From NCBI GenBank assembly GCA_964199315.1, contig OZ116704.1:15128001-15192000 (forward strand): DNA of 64,000 nt, read 5' to 3'. The notes under the pieces were generated by a model. That model did not search any database. It was not told where the DNA came from and was given only the letters and a program-made list of their open reading frames with translations. This document shows, piece by piece, positions 60,130-64,000 of this stretch; the first letter of the stretch is position 1; the number at the start of each line of letters is the position of its first letter. A program made the translations under genes and the position numbers. Source of the DNA: Orbicella franksi (lineage: Eukaryota).

Positions 60130-61017
60130 ATTAAGTTGAAACTTTCAGCGCTTTCGGCTGTCAGACTACAGCCTTCGATGGATAAAAATGGAAAAGATAA
60201 CAACCACAAATATATACAAAAATAGGTGGAACTATAAAAAGAATATATTGAAATGGAAAAATATAAGTGTTAATAAACTAATTGTTCTTTTTTAAAAGAA
60301 TAGAGTATTGATTGGGGAGCGGCCTAGAATTGTTATCTGCATGATCTATCGAAGCGGTGTGCCATGATTCTAGCATCTTGCGAATACGTGAAGAACCCTT
60401 GTCAATTACTTGGAAATTTTTAAAGTCAATAGAGTGATTTGAAGACCAAGCGTGTTTAGCGATGTTGGAACCTCTTGCGTAAGACATCACATTCCTCATG
60501 TGTTCTTTTTTTTCTCGTTTCAAAGCATCTGCCAGTCTCGCCTACATAACTCCATGGGCAGTCGGCATAAGATACTTTATAAACCACATTTGGTTGAAGT
60601 TCAATCGGAGGTCGAGATTTAGGAGAAGGAAACTCCTGTTGTAATGTCTTGACTGGCTTGCTGACAACTCGAATATCATGTTTTTGAAGAAGTCTATTTA
60701 GAGGCTGAGGAATTCCATTAATGTAGGGGAGGACTGCATAACGAGAGGAATCGGAGGGTGTGGCCCATTTGAAAAACATACAAACAAGTTCCTCGGGTGC
60801 TGGGATGGAGTTTGTGCGCCGAGTAGAAGATTTCCTCTTTAGAATGTTAGAGATGACATTTTGGGGGTAATTGTTAGAACGCCACCATGACAAACGACAC
60901 AAGATCAGTGCAGCTGAGACTTAATTACATCGTGCAACTAAACTGCCGAGCACGAAACAAGGAAAAGAGGCTGAACTTAATCATGTCACCGATGCTCTGC
61001 GTTCTAACAATTACCCC
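60130..61017 (-). mobile_element. Penelope-like retroelement fragment (RT C-terminus plus GIY-YIG), frameshifted, 5' part inverted
   Basis: ORFs 60456-60902 (VVYKVSYADCPWSYVGETGRCFETR) and 60278-60523 (SNIAKHAWSSNHSIDF...LESWHT); the plus strand 60883-61017 encodes the upstream RT segment HHDKRHKIS...LPSTKQGK...RSNNYP. Confidence 0.85.
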
Positions 61018-61253
61018 GTAATTGGCTTAAACGTAATAGGCTTAAAAATCCCAAATGGCGGAAGGCAGACCAGTTGGCTGTTTACAAGCATGACCGAGAA
61101 GTTGAACTAGGGTCTACCAAGAAACAACTCCTCCTTTTTCTTTCCCAAGTGCGTTTCTATGAGTATTTCTTCATATTTACAAAGTTCTTTCCATTCAGAG
61201 TCAGCGTCATAATGATGGAGGGACAGCAGTATTGACCATATTAGTTTTAGCAT

Positions 61254-61408
61254 CAGTGGCGGATCCAGACCTTGAGCTAAGGAGAGTGGCTTTTTTTTGG
61301 CTTGCCCTGCCGGCTTTTCTGCTTCTGCGATTTTTTTGGTTTCACCCAAAATAGGGGGCGGGGGGGGGGGAGCTTTTTCCCCGGGCTCATCCCCTAGATC
61401 CGCCACTG
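61254..61408. mobile_element. MITE with 12 bp TIRs (hAT-like termini)
   Basis: CAGTGGCGGATC ... GATCCGCCACTG; no 8 bp target duplication evident. Confidence 0.75.
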
Positions 61409-61939
61409 CATTATGAACGTACTACTGCCAAGTCTTAATTTATGTCTAAGAGCTTACTAACTGAGAGCAGGGTCTGAATTTGGAGTGTTCTACGGTAACA
61501 GCCACTCTAAGTGTGAATAGCAAAGCAACAAGCAATTTACATATGTGTAACGTAGTTTATTCTTTGCAGTGTCTAGGGAATGCAAAGGGTGATCCCTCCT
61601 TAGGGAGCCCAGCACTTTGCCTACTTGCTGCCGCTGTGAGTGAGCGTGAAGCAAACGAACAAGGCAGCTTTCTAATCGGGAAAAGGTCACATTGTGGGGG
61701 CCTTAAACACGTTTTTGCTAAACGCAAGGAATTGTGGTAAGATCAAAGGCGCAAGGAATTGTGGTCATGCGCGAATGGCAGAATTAAGATGCGCAGTCTG
61801 ATCTTATGCCCTCTCTCTCATGCATCGTTGGTCGCAGTGTACGAAGGTGAGTGACAGTTTTCTGCTAAAGCAGAGTTCTCTCTCATTAAGTGTTATTTGC
61901 GATCTGTTGAAGTTAATATCATTTTAAAAATCACAGATT

Positions 61940-64000
61940 TTAGCGGCACCGTTTATATTTTTGAGTTATTTTTTTGTAAAAAAAAAATACCTCTTAGTCG
62001 GCGCGTCGGGTATGTTATGGACGGGTCAATGGGTGAGTGAGTGAGTGAGTGAGTGAGTGAGTGAGTGAGTGAGTGAGTGAGTGAGTGAGTGAGTGAGTGA
62101 GTGAGAGATGTATGTATGTCACACCAATCAGATTGGATCTACTATGAAGAGCCAATCAAATTTCTTGTTGTAAAGGGAAATGGTATGTGAGAAACTGACA
62201 AGGTGTGTATAAACACAAGGACTATGGTAATTGAAAAATAAAGAGTGACGTGTATGTTACCGGTTTGCGATTTTCAGTCCGGTTTGGAGGGAAGTGTGAC
62301 AGTTAGATACCTACATTGGGTTGTTTTATAGTGCATAATTTTCAGTGTAATGGTGGCTAGTTATGAACGAGATGAGTCTTGAGTTTTGAAGCAGTTCATG
62401 AGTTAGTAGTAGGCAAATGGCACGAGATATTTTTATTTTTGATTACAAAGGGTAACTTGATACTTTTGTTTTCCACAAGGAGTTAATTCAATTAGAGGTC
62501 ACGAATCGTCGGTTCTAGTTCTTAGGACATGTTTTAGAGGAGACGAGACTATTTAGATTTGAAGCATTTCTAACGTTTACAATAGTAAGTGCAGGTAACG
62601 ATTGTTTTGTTCGTATTGCATGCAAATGTAACGAGATATTTTTATTTTTTAGTTACAATGGGTAATTTGACACTCTTGTTTTTCACAAGGTAGTAAATTC
62701 AATTAGAGCTGACGAATCGTCACCACTTGTTCCCACGAGATGTTTGCTATTTTTAGTTACAAATGGTAACTCGACAATTCTGTTTTTCATATGGAAGTAA
62801 ATTCAATTAAAGCTTACAAGTTATCAGCTATTGTTCCCAAGATATTAAACAAAATAGAAGCTTTCATTTCTAGAGTGTTTTTACGTCTCTGCAGTAGCAG
62901 TTTAATAGTTTTATTTGATGATATTCATTTTAGTCCGATATTTTTTAAGGTAAAAAGTATGAAAACTGTTCAAACGTTCTTTGTAGACTGCGTGGCGTCA
63001 AGTTAAAGTGCATTTAATTAAATCAGACTTTCAACGTGTCAGAGAGGTTTTTTTCTTTCTTTCTATTTTTGAGTTATTTTTTTTGTAAAAACGATACCTC
63101 TTAGTCGGCGCGTCGGGTATGTTATGGACGGGTCAATGGATGAGTGAGTGAGTGAGTGAGTGAGTGAGTGAGTGAGTGAGTGAGTGAGTGAGAGATGTAT
63201 GTATGTCACACCAATCAGATTGGATCTACTGTAAACAGCCAATCAAATTTCTTGTTGTAAAGGTAAACGGTATGTGAGAAGATTTGATCCCGATGCAGTT
63301 TAGAACGGCCATATTTATTCTTCTATAAAAGAGGAGGAAGTATTCATATATTGGGTTTACTTCGACATTTTCTGTGGGTTAGGCTGAGGATTTTAGTTAA
63401 ATGAACGAGATGAGCCTTCGGTTCGTGAGTTAGAAGTATGCAAATGCAACGAGATATTTTTATTTTTAGTTACAAAGGTAACTTGATGCTTTTGTTTTTC
63501 ACAAGGAGTAAATTCAATTAGAGGTCACGAATCGTCGCTTTTAGTTCTTAGGACATATTTTAGAGGAGACGAGACTATTTAGATTTGAAACAGTTCTAAC
63601 GTTTACAATAGTAAGTGCAGGTGACGATTGTTTTGTTCTTGTTGCGTGCAAATACGAGATATTTTTATTTTTTAGTTACAAAGTGTAATTTGACACTCTT
63701 GTTTTTCACAAGAGAGTAAATTCAATTAGAGCTGACGAATCGTCACCGCTCTTTCCCATGAGATGTTTGCTATCTTTAGTAACAAATGGTAACTTAACAC
63801 GTTTGTTTTTTATATGGGAGTAAATTCAATTAGAGCTGACAAGTTATCGGCTATCGTTCCCAGGATATTAAACAAAAAAAAGCTTTCATTTCTGGACGGT
63901 TTTTACGTCTCTGCAGTAGCAGTTTATTTTTATTTGATGGGCATTTTATGACATTCTCTTCAGTCCGATATTTTTAAAGGTAAAAAGTATCAAAACTCTC
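61940..64000. repeat. Tandem array, two copies of a unit of about 1.1 kb, each with a (GAGT)n microsatellite and about 100 bp subrepeats
   Basis: acctcttagtcggcgcgtcgggtatgttatggacgggtcaatgg at about 61990 and 63096; (GAGT)n at 62033-62105 and 63141-63192; repeated aacgagatatttttatttttagttacaa...aattcaattagag..acgaatcgtc. Confidence 0.9.

Noticed and set aside
61107-61406. ORF MADLGDEPGEKAPPPPPP on the minus strand
   Set aside because: It spans a TIR-bounded MITE (poly-G tract) and a SINE end; a chance ORF.
62280-64000. CRISPR-like array
   Set aside because: Eukaryotic context; the subrepeats are degenerate and contiguous, without unique spacers or cas genes.

Overview
Animal genomic DNA; the repeat families and gene content suggest an anthozoan, probably a stony coral (inference). 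Positions 108-53316 (+) hold the 3' part of one giant spliced gene. I traced 56 GT-AG exons with consistent phases, giving 20,336 coding nt (about 6,780 aa); the 5' end lies outside the window. The product is a type I membrane protein: more than 5,000 aa of Cys-rich CxxGxYC (GCC2/GCC3, ephrin-receptor-like) repeats, a juxtamembrane domain with an RRRRR furin-type site, one TM helix, and a roughly 1,670 aa cytoplasmic tail. The tail is mostly coiled coil and contains a degenerate zincin-like HCLSH domain. Convergent with it (-, 54776-57827) is a 3-exon PRD-class homeobox gene with Shox-type homeodomain, OAR and eh1 motifs. Introns and the distal intergenic region carry many MITEs, tRNA-derived SINEs, a solo LTR, LINE tails, three Penelope-like fragments with hammerhead-ribozyme remnants, and a 1.1 kb tandem repeat. 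All coordinates and counts were derived by hand, and no database search was run.
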